From a virus, in the IMG/VR virus record IMGVR_UViG_2775507252_000002, positions 6,792 to 70,791 of that record: a stretch of 64,000 nt of DNA; one strand, given 5' to 3'. The translations under genes were made by a program, and so were the position numbers. The notes beneath the pieces are model-generated. The model had not been told where the DNA came from. It was given only the letters and a program-made list of their open reading frames with translations, and did no database searches. Below are positions 27,045-36,112 of this stretch, piece after piece (positions within the stretch are counted from its first letter, which is position 1; each line of letters begins with the position of its first letter).

Positions 27045-28609
27045 CCGAGCGCGTCGTCGCAGAGCAGGTCTCGGAGCTGGGTAGCGCGCCAGTGCCTGGC
27101 AGCGGGCTGGCCGCCTTGCAGGGCGAGGTCCTTTCCCGCGCGAGTTTCGGCGCGGGCGTCGCCACACTCTCGCCAGAGACGGCTTCATCCCCGCTTCCGC
27201 CTGGTCTTGCGGCCCGCCTGCTGGCGGAATCCTTGGCCGGCTCCTGGCCGCCCATCGAGGCGCCGGCGTTGTGGATCGAAGTGTTGCGCCGGGATACGGC
27301 ATCGAGCGCCCTTGTTGCCACCGGCATGGAGGTCTTTGGCGATGCGCCTTGGCCGGACGCCCCGCGCGGCGTGTTCGCCTTGCGCCACGACTGGGCCGAG
27401 CCTTTGGTCGAACGCTTGGAATGGCAGACGGCCGTCACGCGGCTGGCCAGCGGGAACGAATCCCGGCAGGCACGCCGACGCGTTCCTCGGCGGCTTCTCA
27501 CCTACCAGGTTGGACACGCCCGGCAGGCCGATGCCCTGGTGGCCGACTGGCTGGCCGACCATCTTGGGCACATGGCGCTGTGGCCGCTGCCTCAGTACGC
27601 GGCGCACGTGGTCGAGGCCAGCGACCGCGGCGCCATGGCGCTGGCCGTGGCGGCAGCCGACGAGCGCCGCTTCGGGCCGCCAGCGGCTGATCTGCGCCTG
27701 CGCTTCGACGGGCTGCAGGGCTGGGAGAGCGACGAGCGCTGGATCCTGATCATCGCTCTTGACGGCTGGCAGACCGCGCGGCTGGCTCATGTGGAGGCCG
27801 CCCGGCTGTGGCTGGCGGACCCCTTGGCGCGCGCGGTGCCGGCAGGCGCGGCAGTCATGCCGCTGGCGTGGGGCATGGCCAGCGAGGCGGCCGACCTTGC
27901 GCAATGGGTGCCGGGGATGGCCGGCGGCCGCGTGACCGCCAGCCTTGCGCCCGCCCCCTTGCCGGACATGGCCCTGCTCGACGATCCGGTGCTCGACGGC
28001 CTGCCGGTCTGGCCCGACGGCAACTGGCGCGACGATCCATCGGTCACCGCGCAAGCGGTGCTCACCCGGCAGGACCTCTCGCCTGCCGACCCCTGGGTGC
28101 GGCGTGACGACCCGTGGCCGACGACGACCTTGCAGCGCCGCTATCTGGCCACAGGCCCGCAGGACATCGAGCGCTGGCGGGCGCGGCTTTGGCGTACCCA
28201 AGGCCGCCTTGGATCGTTCTGGCTGCCCGATGGCCTGGCGCCGGTGCTGTCGGTGATCTCGGAGGCGGACCCGGAGGATGGCTTCCTGCGGGTGACGGGC
28301 GAGGACATTTCTGCCTTCTGGCACCGCCCGGCCGCCTGCCTGATCCTGCATCCGGACGGCACGCGCCAGCACGTGCTCACGGCCACGGCCCATCGTGACG
28401 CAGGCGGCGTGCTGGTGCTGCGCTCGGGGCTGGACGCGCCGGCGCCTGCCGGCAGCCGCGTCGTGCGTCTGGCCCGTTGCCGCCTCGACCACGACGCAGT
28501 CGATCTGTACTGGCACAGCCCGACGCTGCTGGAGATCACCTTGACCGCGCGCCAGTTGCCCGAACCGCGTGGCAATGACCGAGAAACGTATGGAGAGTAC
28601 GCCGTATGA
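27041..28609 (+). CDS. Tail tip / distal tail-like protein
   Basis: ERLEWQT...SGNESR, GRLGSFWLP, CRLDHD motifs; position. Confidence 0.65.
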   Translation: MTERVVAEQVSELGSAPVPGSGLAALQGEVLSRASFGAGVATLSPETASSPLPPGLAARLLAESLAGSWPPIEAPALWIEVLRRDTASSALVATGMEVFGDAPWPDAPRGVFALRHDWAEPLVERLEWQTAVTRLASGNESRQARRRVPRRLLTYQVGHARQADALVADWLADHLGHMALWPLPQYAAHVVEASDRGAMALAVAAADERRFGPPAADLRLRFDGLQGWESDERWILIIALDGWQTARLAHVEAARLWLADPLARAVPAGAAVMPLAWGMASEAADLAQWVPGMAGGRVTASLAPAPLPDMALLDDPVLDGLPVWPDGNWRDDPSVTAQAVLTRQDLSPADPWVRRDDPWPTTTLQRRYLATGPQDIERWRARLWRTQGRLGSFWLPDGLAPVLSVISEADPEDGFLRVTGEDISAFWHRPAACLILHPDGTRQHVLTATAHRDAGGVLVLRSGLDAPAPAGSRVVRLARCRLDHDAVDLYWHSPTLLEITLTARQLPEPRGNDRETYGEYAV

Positions 28610-29397
28610 GCAACCAACAGCTGATGGAGGTCGAGCTGTATGCCTTCGCCAGTAGCAGCGCGCAGTTCTATCTGACGCCGCAGGAATTCGACGTTGATCT
28701 GGATGGCAACCTCTACAAGAGCTTGCCAATCGAGCGCAACGAACTGGCGCTGGGTGCCGAGGCCGCCAAATCGGCGCTGGATCTGAAGCTGCCGCCGAAC
28801 TGTGATCTGGTGCGCCATCTGCTCACCAACTCGCTGACCGGCGACACCACCTCGATCACCCTGCGCATCGGGCGGCGCGACACCTGGGGCGACTACTGGT
28901 GGATCTCCGGCATGCGCTGGATGGGCCGGGTGATGGGCGTCGAAGTCGCTGACGATGTGGCTCGCATTCGCTGCGAGTCCGCGCAGGTCAGTCTCAAGCG
29001 CATCGGGTTGCGGCGGCTCTACAGCCGCAAGTGTTCCCACGTGCTGTATTCGGCTGCCTGTGGTGCCTCACCGATTTCTGCCAGCGCCTTGGTGAGCAAC
29101 AGCAATGGCCGCAACGTCGATCTCGACGGTGGCGCGCCCGGCAGCGTCAGTGGTGGCTTGGCCGGTGGCTGGCTCCAAACCCCGGAAGGTGCCCGCCACA
29201 TGATCGTCAATGACTACGGTGGCGGCGTCGAATTGCTCTATCCGGTCGCCATTGAAGCCGGTACCGAGGTGCTGCTGACGGTCGGCTGCGATCACAGCAC
29301 GGCCACGTGCGAGTCGCGCTTCGGCAACCTCGAAAACTTCGGTGGCTTCCCGTTCATTCCAACGAAAAACCCATTCAGCGGCACGCCGATCTTCTGA
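28606..29397 (+). CDS. BR0599/DUF2163-family tail hub protein
   Basis: CSHVLYSAAC and GCDHSTATCESRFGNLENFGGFPFIP. Confidence 0.85.
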   Translation: MSNQQLMEVELYAFASSSAQFYLTPQEFDVDLDGNLYKSLPIERNELALGAEAAKSALDLKLPPNCDLVRHLLTNSLTGDTTSITLRIGRRDTWGDYWWISGMRWMGRVMGVEVADDVARIRCESAQVSLKRIGLRRLYSRKCSHVLYSAACGASPISASALVSNSNGRNVDLDGGAPGSVSGGLAGGWLQTPEGARHMIVNDYGGGVELLYPVAIEAGTEVLLTVGCDHSTATCESRFGNLENFGGFPFIPTKNPFSGTPIF

Positions 29398-29534
29398 TCC
29401 CAAAACGCAGCGTTTCGGCGAAGGCTCATGTCGGCGCAGCCGACGTGAAGCCGCGCAGCGGCGGCCGAAGCCACAACTACGGCGGATTCCCCGCCATCCC
29501 GAGCAAAAACCCGTTCTCGACGGGCGTGTTCTGA
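29335..29534 (+). repeat. Diverged duplication of the hub gene 3' end separated by a palindromic spacer
   Basis: NFGGFPFIPTKNPFSGTPIF* (29335-29397) and NYGGFPAIPSKNPFSTGVF* (29475-29534). Confidence 0.85.
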
Positions 29535-29552
29535 ATCCCTGGAGACCGCGCC

Positions 29553-29780
29553 ATGTGGTACCTCGTCGTCATCGTGGTGGCAGCCGTGGTCTCGGCCGCC
29601 CTCGCGCCGAAACCGCCCGAACCCAAACCTGCGTCGCTGTCCGACGTCGATGCCCCCACCGCCGAGGAAGGCCGACCCATCCCGGTCGTGTTCGGCACGG
29701 TGCTCATCCGGGGCGCCAACGTCGTGTGGTACGGCGATCTGGAGGCCGAGCCGATCAAGAAGAAAGGCGGCAAGAAATGA
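29553..29780 (+). CDS. Small tail assembly protein
   Basis: PTAEEGRPIPVVFGT...NVVWYGD. Confidence 0.8.
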   Translation: MWYLVVIVVAAVVSAALAPKPPEPKPASLSDVDAPTAEEGRPIPVVFGTVLIRGANVVWYGDLEAEPIKKKGGKK

Positions 29781-29992
29781 GCGGCGAGGTGATCGTCACC
29801 ATCGATGATGTGCGCGCCGCGGGTCTGTGCGTGCACGGCACGCGCGCGTGGTTTGCGCGGCATGGACTGGACTTTCGCGCCTTCCTCCGCGATGGCATCA
29901 CTGCGGAGGTGCTGCTGGCCACGGGTGATGCGATGGCGCTTCGCGTGGTCGAGCACGCCAGCCATCGACCCAGCCAACGGGAGCAAAGCTGA
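29777..29992 (+). CDS. Small tail assembly protein
   Basis: CVHGTRAWFARHGLDFRAFLRDGI. Confidence 0.75.
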   Translation: MSGEVIVTIDDVRAAGLCVHGTRAWFARHGLDFRAFLRDGITAEVLLATGDAMALRVVEHASHRPSQREQS

Positions 29993-32265
29993 TGGGTGGC
30001 CGCAGCAAGAAGCAAACCGTCGGCTACCGCTACCGGATGGGGCTACATCTGGCCTTGTGCCAGGGGCCCGTCGATGCCGTGCAGGAAATCCAGATGGGTG
30101 ATCGTACCGCGTGGGGTGATGCCGACCGCGCGCCGCTGGCAAGCGGCCACGGGCTCGCCAGTCTCTGGATCGACAAGCCCACGCTGTTTGGCGGCGACGA
30201 GCGCGAAGGCGGTGTGGTCGGCACCATCGATGTGTTGTCTGGCCATGCCGGACAAGGCCGCAACGACTACCTGATGAGCCGCCTGGGGACCTCCATTCCG
30301 GCCTTTCGTGGCGTGCTGTCCTTGGTGGCACGCAAGATCCTCTTCGCGGCCAACAACCCGTATATCAAGCCGTGGGCCGTGCGCGTGCGGCGCTTCACGG
30401 CGGGGTGGTTCAATGCGCCGTGGATGGAGTGGAACGCCGAAGTTCGCACCTGGGATGAGGACGAAGGACGCGAGATCAGCGTCGGCATGAACCCGGCCCA
30501 CATCCTGGTGCAGTGCCTGACCGACCCGCACTGGGGCATGGGCTATCCGCAGAGCAGCATCGGCGGGAGTTTCTGGAACGCAGCGTGGGCCCTGTCGAGC
30601 GAAGGCTTCGGACTCAACTTGATCTGGACGCGCCAGCAGCCCATCGAGGCCTTCATCGCGCAGGTGCTCGACCACATCGGCGGCATCCTCTACATCGACC
30701 CGGAGCAAGGCACGTTCGAGCTGAAACTGCTGCGCGACGACTACTGGATCGACAGCCTGCCGCAGCTGGGTCCGGATGAGATCGTGCGCATGGAGCGCTT
30801 CGAGCGCGCGCAGTGGGGGGAACTGCCCAACGAGATCACCGTGGTCTACACCGACTGGGCCACTGGCAAAGAGGCCACGGTCACGGTCGAGAACCTGGCC
30901 GCGATCCAGCTTCAGGGCGGCGTGATCAACCAGCGCCGCGACTATCCCGGCGTCAATTACGGGCCGCTGGCCGCCAGGCTCGCGCTGCGCGACCTGCGCG
31001 CCCTGGGCTCGCCGCTGGCGCGCATGACGTTCACCATTGCCCCCACTGCGCTGGACCGCCCGCCCTTGCCGGGCGAGGTGTTCCTGCTGCACTGGCCGCG
31101 GCTGGGCATCGAGCGCATGGTCGTGCGCGTGACCGGCATCGACACCGGCACCCTGGGCGCGGCCGAGTGGCGCATCGAGGCGGTGGAAGACGTGTTCGGG
31201 ATGAGCGATACCGTGCTCTCGCCGCCGCCGCCGCACGTCGAGGAGCCGCCGCTGGAGGCGCTGCCGCCAGCCCTGGTGCTGGCGGTGGAAGTGCCGTACT
31301 GGGAACTGGCGCGCAACCTGAGCCGGGCCGATCTGGCCCAGATCACCGACACCGACACCTACGTCGGCGCGCTGGCGGCCGCCGGTGGCCAAGGGCAGCT
31401 CAACTGGCAACTGGCCACCGGCGCCTCCAGCGGCGATCTCGCGCCCGTGACGGGCGAGGACTACGCGCCGCTGCTCACGCTCGATGCGGCACTGTCGGCG
31501 AGCGAGGCCGATGCGCTGGCCGTGCCGGTGACCGCTGTCAGCCAGCCGCAGCGCCTGGCCGTGGGCGACTATGCCTATCTGGTCGATGCGCTTGGTGCGA
31601 TCCGCGAGGCGGTGGCCATCCTCGCCTTCGATGCCACCGCGGGCACGGTGGATCTCGCCCGCGGGGTGCTCGACACCACGCCGCAAGCCCACGCCGCCGG
31701 CACGCGGCTGGTGGGGGTGGGCGAATGGCTGGCCGCCGAGACCACCGAACGCGCCCCGGGCGAGTCGGTGTTCGTCGCCGCCATCCCGCGCACCTTAACC
31801 GACCAGGGCGATGCGGTGCTCGCCGCCAACGGCCAGCCGCTGGTGCTGACCGGCCGCCAGGCGCGGCCGTACCCACCCGGGCGCATCCGGCTCAACGGCC
31901 AGCGCGAGCCCGCCGTGGTGGCCGGCGACTTGACCCTCACCTGGGCGCACCGCGACCGCACGCAGCAGACTGCCTACCTGGTCCAGCAGGACGAGGGCGA
32001 CATCGGCCCCGAGCCCGGCACCACCTACACCGTGCGCCTGCGCGACCGCAACGGCGTGCTGGTGCGCACCCAAAGCGGCATCGCCGGCAACACCTGGACC
32101 TGGGACGTGGCCAGCGCTGCGGCAGATGCGGGCAGCGCCGGGGATACCGTCACCATCGAGATCGAGGCCGAGCGCGACGGGCTCACGAGCTGGCAGGCGC
32201 AGACGCGCACCACCGACCGCACCGGCTACGGCCTGCGCTGGGGACAGTACTGGGGTGGGGTGTGA
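29992..32265 (+). CDS. Central tail tip / host-specificity protein
   Basis: GYRYRMGLHLALCQGPVD, MNPAHIL...WGMG; 757 aa. Confidence 0.85.
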   Translation: MGGRSKKQTVGYRYRMGLHLALCQGPVDAVQEIQMGDRTAWGDADRAPLASGHGLASLWIDKPTLFGGDEREGGVVGTIDVLSGHAGQGRNDYLMSRLGTSIPAFRGVLSLVARKILFAANNPYIKPWAVRVRRFTAGWFNAPWMEWNAEVRTWDEDEGREISVGMNPAHILVQCLTDPHWGMGYPQSSIGGSFWNAAWALSSEGFGLNLIWTRQQPIEAFIAQVLDHIGGILYIDPEQGTFELKLLRDDYWIDSLPQLGPDEIVRMERFERAQWGELPNEITVVYTDWATGKEATVTVENLAAIQLQGGVINQRRDYPGVNYGPLAARLALRDLRALGSPLARMTFTIAPTALDRPPLPGEVFLLHWPRLGIERMVVRVTGIDTGTLGAAEWRIEAVEDVFGMSDTVLSPPPPHVEEPPLEALPPALVLAVEVPYWELARNLSRADLAQITDTDTYVGALAAAGGQGQLNWQLATGASSGDLAPVTGEDYAPLLTLDAALSASEADALAVPVTAVSQPQRLAVGDYAYLVDALGAIREAVAILAFDATAGTVDLARGVLDTTPQAHAAGTRLVGVGEWLAAETTERAPGESVFVAAIPRTLTDQGDAVLAANGQPLVLTGRQARPYPPGRIRLNGQREPAVVAGDLTLTWAHRDRTQQTAYLVQQDEGDIGPEPGTTYTVRLRDRNGVLVRTQSGIAGNTWTWDVASAAADAGSAGDTVTIEIEAERDGLTSWQAQTRTTDRTGYGLRWGQYWGGV

Positions 32266-32897
32266 TGCAAGCGCCCATCGACCTGCACCTCCAGCCGCGT
32301 ATCGACGTGCACATGCTCACGCTCGATGAGCCGGCTGCGTGGCGCGAAGCATGTCTTGCCAGCCTCGCAGAGGCCCCGATCCGTCTGCACGTGCTGCCGG
32401 GCATTCCGGGTCGGATCGGTGAGGCGCGCGCAGCCGGCTACGCGCGAGGGACATTGCCGCTGGTGTCCTTCGTCGATCCCGACGACGTGTACGAAGCCAG
32501 TGCCTTCACACACTTAGCCGATGCGCTGGAGGCCTGCCCGCAGGCCGTGATGGCCTACACCGACGAGGCGCTGATGGACGAGCAAGGCCGAGACGTCGGC
32601 GTGCGGCGGCTGGCCTACAGCGCCTTCCAGCACGCCCACTCGGCCAGCCATGTCCATGGACTGATCGTGATGCGCCGCGCTGCGGTCGAGGCCGTGCTCG
32701 CGGCCACCACCGACATCCACCCCATGGCCGACTGGCTGTTGACCCGGCTGGTGGCCCAGCGCGGCCGTGTGCTGCACCTGCCCGTCGTCGGCCGGCGCTG
32801 GCGGCAGCACCCACGGCAAGTCCATCGCACCGCAGACCCGGCTGTCGTGCGGCGCATCCGGCAAACCATCCGCCAAATATCGAATCCCTGGAGATAG
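32265..32897 (+). CDS. GT-A (family 2-like) glycosyltransferase
   Basis: ARAAGY...VSFVDPDD DxD motif; coupled to the tail gene. Confidence 0.7.
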   Translation: MQAPIDLHLQPRIDVHMLTLDEPAAWREACLASLAEAPIRLHVLPGIPGRIGEARAAGYARGTLPLVSFVDPDDVYEASAFTHLADALEACPQAVMAYTDEALMDEQGRDVGVRRLAYSAFQHAHSASHVHGLIVMRRAAVEAVLAATTDIHPMADWLLTRLVAQRGRVLHLPVVGRRWRQHPRQVHRTADPAVVRRIRQTIRQISNPWR

Positions 32898-32900
32898 ACC

Positions 32901-33251
32901 ATGCCATCCACCGACCCGAACCTGGGCCTTGCCTACGGCTGGACGCTGGGCGAGTCCGGCTGGCACACCGAGATGGACGCCAACCTCAAGCGCCTGGGCG
33001 CCATCGTCGGCCTGTCCGTCAAAGACCGCGACTTGACCGCACCGCCGGCGAGTCCCGCCGAGGGCGAGCGCTACATCATCCCCGCCAGCGCCACCGGCGC
33101 CTGGGCCGGCAAGATCGACCAGATCGCCGTGCGCATCGCCGGCGCCTGGGAGTACCACGCGCCCCAGGTCGGGTGGCTGGCCTACGTCGAGGACGAGCAG
33201 GTGCTGTCTGCCTACAAGCCTACAGGCTGGAGTCCCGGCATCGCGATCTGA
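32901..33251 (+). CDS. DUF2793-family tail fibre-associated protein
   Basis: APPASPAEGERYII...GAWAG...GWLAYVEDE. Confidence 0.8.
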   Translation: MPSTDPNLGLAYGWTLGESGWHTEMDANLKRLGAIVGLSVKDRDLTAPPASPAEGERYIIPASATGAWAGKIDQIAVRIAGAWEYHAPQVGWLAYVEDEQVLSAYKPTGWSPGIAI

Positions 33252-33273
33252 CCGAACCCTGTTCAACCCCCAT

Positions 33274-33304
33274 GAGACCCGCCGCTGGCGGGTTTCGCAT
33301 TTTT
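33274..33304 (+). terminator. Intrinsic terminator after the tail module
   Basis: GAGACCCGCC-GCT-GGCGGGTTTC followed by ATTTTT. Confidence 0.65.
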
Positions 33305-33316
33305 GGGAGACCTGCC

Positions 33317-33622
33317 ATGACCGAACCCGAACGACAACCCCCTGCGCTCGTCGAGAACATGCTGCTTCTGCGCCGTGAGGACTTCGACGAACTGCTCGAC
33401 CGCGCCGCCGAACGTGGGGCCGAGCGTGTCCTGTCCCATCTCGGCCTGGAAAACGGCCGTGCCGCCAAGGACATCCGCGAGCTGCGCGACCTGCTCGAAG
33501 CCTGGCGCGATGCGCGTCGCACGGCGTGGCAGACGACTGTAAAGGTCATCACCACCGGCATCCTGGCCGCGTTGCTGGTCGGCGCGGCCATCAAGCTGAA
33601 GTTGGTGGGAGGTGGGCAATGA
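33317..33622 (+). CDS. DUF6127-like membrane protein (lysis module)
   Basis: DIRELRDLLEAWR plus C-terminal hydrophobic helix. Confidence 0.7.
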   Translation: MTEPERQPPALVENMLLLRREDFDELLDRAAERGAERVLSHLGLENGRAAKDIRELRDLLEAWRDARRTAWQTTVKVITTGILAALLVGAAIKLKLVGGGQ

Positions 33623-34101
33623 TCGAGACCCTGCTCGGTGGTCTCCTGGGCGGGGCCTTCCGTCTCGCGCCAGAGGTTCTGAAATGGCTTGACCGCAAGG
33701 GCGAGCGCAGCCACGAGCTCGCCATGCAGGACAAGGCGCTGGAGTTCGAGAAGCTGCGTGGCGCCCAGCGCATGGCCGAGATCGGTGCCAGCGCCGACGC
33801 AGCCTGGAACAGCGGTGCCATCGATGCTTTGCGCGAGGCGGTTGCGGCGCAGGGCCGGCCATCTGGCGTGAAGTGGGCTGATGCGCTCTCCAGCAGCGTG
33901 CGGCCCGTCATCACCTACTGGTTTATGGCCCTCTACTGCGCGGCCAAGACCGCCGCCTTCGTGGGCGCCCTCGAAGCCGGGGCAGAGTGGATCCCGGCCA
34001 TCCAGGCGGCCTGGACCGAGGCCGACCAGGCCCTGTGGGCCGGAGTGCTGAACTTCTGGTTCCTCGGGCGCGTGTTCGACCGGGTGCGACCCACGAACTA
34101 G
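33619..34101 (+). CDS. Holin-like membrane protein
   Basis: SVRPVITY...FWFLGR, hydrophobic segments, before lysozyme. Confidence 0.65.
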   Translation: MIETLLGGLLGGAFRLAPEVLKWLDRKGERSHELAMQDKALEFEKLRGAQRMAEIGASADAAWNSGAIDALREAVAAQGRPSGVKWADALSSSVRPVITYWFMALYCAAKTAAFVGALEAGAEWIPAIQAAWTEADQALWAGVLNFWFLGRVFDRVRPTN

Positions 34102-34131
34102 TAAGTGTTGCTTACAAGTTCAGAGCCAGAG

Positions 34132-34614
34132 ATGCGTATTCCTCCACAAGCAATTGATCTGGCCAAACGCTTCGAGGGCTTCCACCGCGTGCCGAAGACC
34201 GATCCCGGCCGCGCGCACCCGTACGTCTGCCCGGCGGGGTACTGGACCATCGGCTACGGGCATCTGTGCGATCCGAAGCATCCGCCGATCACAGAAGAAG
34301 AAGCCGAGGCCTACCTCGCCCAGGATCTGAAGGTGGCGCTTGCCGCCACACTGCGCTACTGCCCGGTGTTGGCCGCGGAGCCGGAGGGGCGGCTCGCAGC
34401 CATCGTGGATTTCACGTTCAACCTGGGTGCGGGGCGGCTGCAGACGTCATCGTTGCGGCGAAGAATCAACCAAAGAGACTGGCCTGCCGCTGTCCAGGAG
34501 CTACGTCGATGGATCCACGGGGGCGGCAAGGTTCTGCCAGGTCTGATCACACGACGTGCGGCCGAGGTCGAACTGGTAAGTGCAGGAGGCCTCCGGCGGC
34601 CGTCCTCCTTCTAG
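34132..34614 (+). CDS. Endolysin, GH24 lysozyme
   Basis: KRFEG...CPAGYWTIGYGH, FNLGAG, LPGLITRRAAE. Confidence 0.92.
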   Translation: MRIPPQAIDLAKRFEGFHRVPKTDPGRAHPYVCPAGYWTIGYGHLCDPKHPPITEEEAEAYLAQDLKVALAATLRYCPVLAAEPEGRLAAIVDFTFNLGAGRLQTSSLRRRINQRDWPAAVQELRRWIHGGGKVLPGLITRRAAEVELVSAGGLRRPSSF

Positions 34615-34716
34615 CGTTCCATCGCCGACTGCCGGCCGCCAATACCGTTCTGATGGACCGGGAGGCTCCCCGCCGATACAATTACAAGCTTCTGTTCGTC
34701 CGTCCGGAGAATAAAA

Positions 34717-36108
34717 ATGGACTTCGAGCTTTCGGGGAAGCTCCCGGGCAAAACAAAATATTCAGGTCGCCGACGCACTGCTACCAGACGCGCTGGCTTT
34801 AACAGCCATCCCGATTCGACGGGCGGCGAATACAAGACTACTTCCCAGTCTACCATTCGCCTGGCTCCCGGCGAAGTCGTCATTGTCACTTTCTCTGTTC
34901 CAAAACACCGAGTCGGAGAGATCGTGGCGTTCGGCGGTTGGTATATTGCCCCCGACTCGGTGGCCGTGTCGATCGAGGGGAGCCCATTTCCTCGCAGAAC
35001 ATTGATTCCACCATGCGCGCCCAACTGGAGCAAGTTTGGATCGATGTGGGCATCACAGACAGGTGAGTCTTTCAGGGTGCGAGCGACGTTTGCAGCGTCG
35101 AAGGAAGCGGAAATTGCTTTCTATGAGCTCGGTTGCGGAATTGTTCGACATAAGCATCTGGACGGCGCTCGGCCCGAATTGATGCGGAATATGTACCAGT
35201 TCTCTCCAGAGGCGCACTTTTTCGCCGTCGATGGAGATGTCGAGATAGATGCGCCGGATGCTGAGGGGAATGACGTCAGGCTGCACCTAAAGTCTTGTAA
35301 TCGCTGTGCTCGTTTCTTGCCAATCAATATAGATAACGAGCTCGTGCATCTAAGCTTTTCCAACCACTGCAAGGCGGACCACCGGAGACCGTGTTCTCAC
35401 ACCGGCTTCGGCAAACTTACCAATGTTGAGACGAAGGAGCGCATTCAACTCGAATATGGCTACCAGCTCGAGTGTCGCTTCTGCAAGAAGTTTGAGGTGA
35501 ATGCGGCACATAATCCTCAGCGAACCGCCGCCCAAATGAAGGAGGACGGCGCGAGAAGACGTGCGCTGGAACTCCTGCTTACTGAGTTATTCGGCGAGAG
35601 TCCTCAGCTTCGGTATCGCCATCAAACCGGCGGCCGTGAATTGGCGGACGATGTGTGGAACAAGTTCGGTCGGACATGCTTCAACTGCGGCCACCCTCTC
35701 GAAACGCCGAAGAAGATGCATCTTGACCACACGAGGCCGCTGGCGCTTCTTTGGCCGTTGGACGGCACCGCTACGTGCTTGTGCGGGTCGTGCAATTCAG
35801 AGAAGCGCGATCGTTCACCAGCCACGTTCTATACGAAGGCCCGCCAACTGGAGGATCTGTCGAAGATCACTGGAATTCCTCTTGCGGAACTGAAGAAGCC
35901 GACGCCGAACATGGAAGCCATAAAGCTCCTTCAGAGAAATCTCGACTGGTTCTTCGATGAGTTCTGTCAGCGCCCGGACCTCACCAAGGAGCGAGATGGA
36001 AAGGTGGCTGTCGAGCTCCTGGTGAAGGCAATCCAGAAAACGCTGAATAAGTGCCCTGGCGGAGCCCCTTTCGATCTCGCGGGAGAGTATGAGCGACGCA
36101 GAAGGTAG
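34717..36108 (+). CDS. Cys-rich HNH endonuclease-like protein (putative restriction enzyme)
   Basis: CFNCG...HLDHTRP...LCGSCNSEK plus extra CxxC pairs; lower GC than the phage. Confidence 0.75.
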   Translation: MDFELSGKLPGKTKYSGRRRTATRRAGFNSHPDSTGGEYKTTSQSTIRLAPGEVVIVTFSVPKHRVGEIVAFGGWYIAPDSVAVSIEGSPFPRRTLIPPCAPNWSKFGSMWASQTGESFRVRATFAASKEAEIAFYELGCGIVRHKHLDGARPELMRNMYQFSPEAHFFAVDGDVEIDAPDAEGNDVRLHLKSCNRCARFLPINIDNELVHLSFSNHCKADHRRPCSHTGFGKLTNVETKERIQLEYGYQLECRFCKKFEVNAAHNPQRTAAQMKEDGARRRALELLLTELFGESPQLRYRHQTGGRELADDVWNKFGRTCFNCGHPLETPKKMHLDHTRPLALLWPLDGTATCLCGSCNSEKRDRSPATFYTKARQLEDLSKITGIPLAELKKPTPNMEAIKLLQRNLDWFFDEFCQRPDLTKERDGKVAVELLVKAIQKTLNKCPGGAPFDLAGEYERRRR

Positions 36109-36112
36109 ATGG

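Larger units (their letters stand above)
1..34614 (+). mobile_element. Prophage 1, lambda-like head with long non-contractile tail (left end outside window; right boundary uncertain, cargo may extend to ~39.9 kb)
   Basis: Continuous co-oriented phage gene order: replication, methyltransferases, terminase, portal, S49 protease, capsid, tail, tape measure, lysozyme. Confidence 0.95.

Noticed and set aside
29335..29534. Diversity-generating retroelement VR/TR pair
   Set aside because: Mismatches are not adenine-specific and no reverse transcriptase is visible in the window
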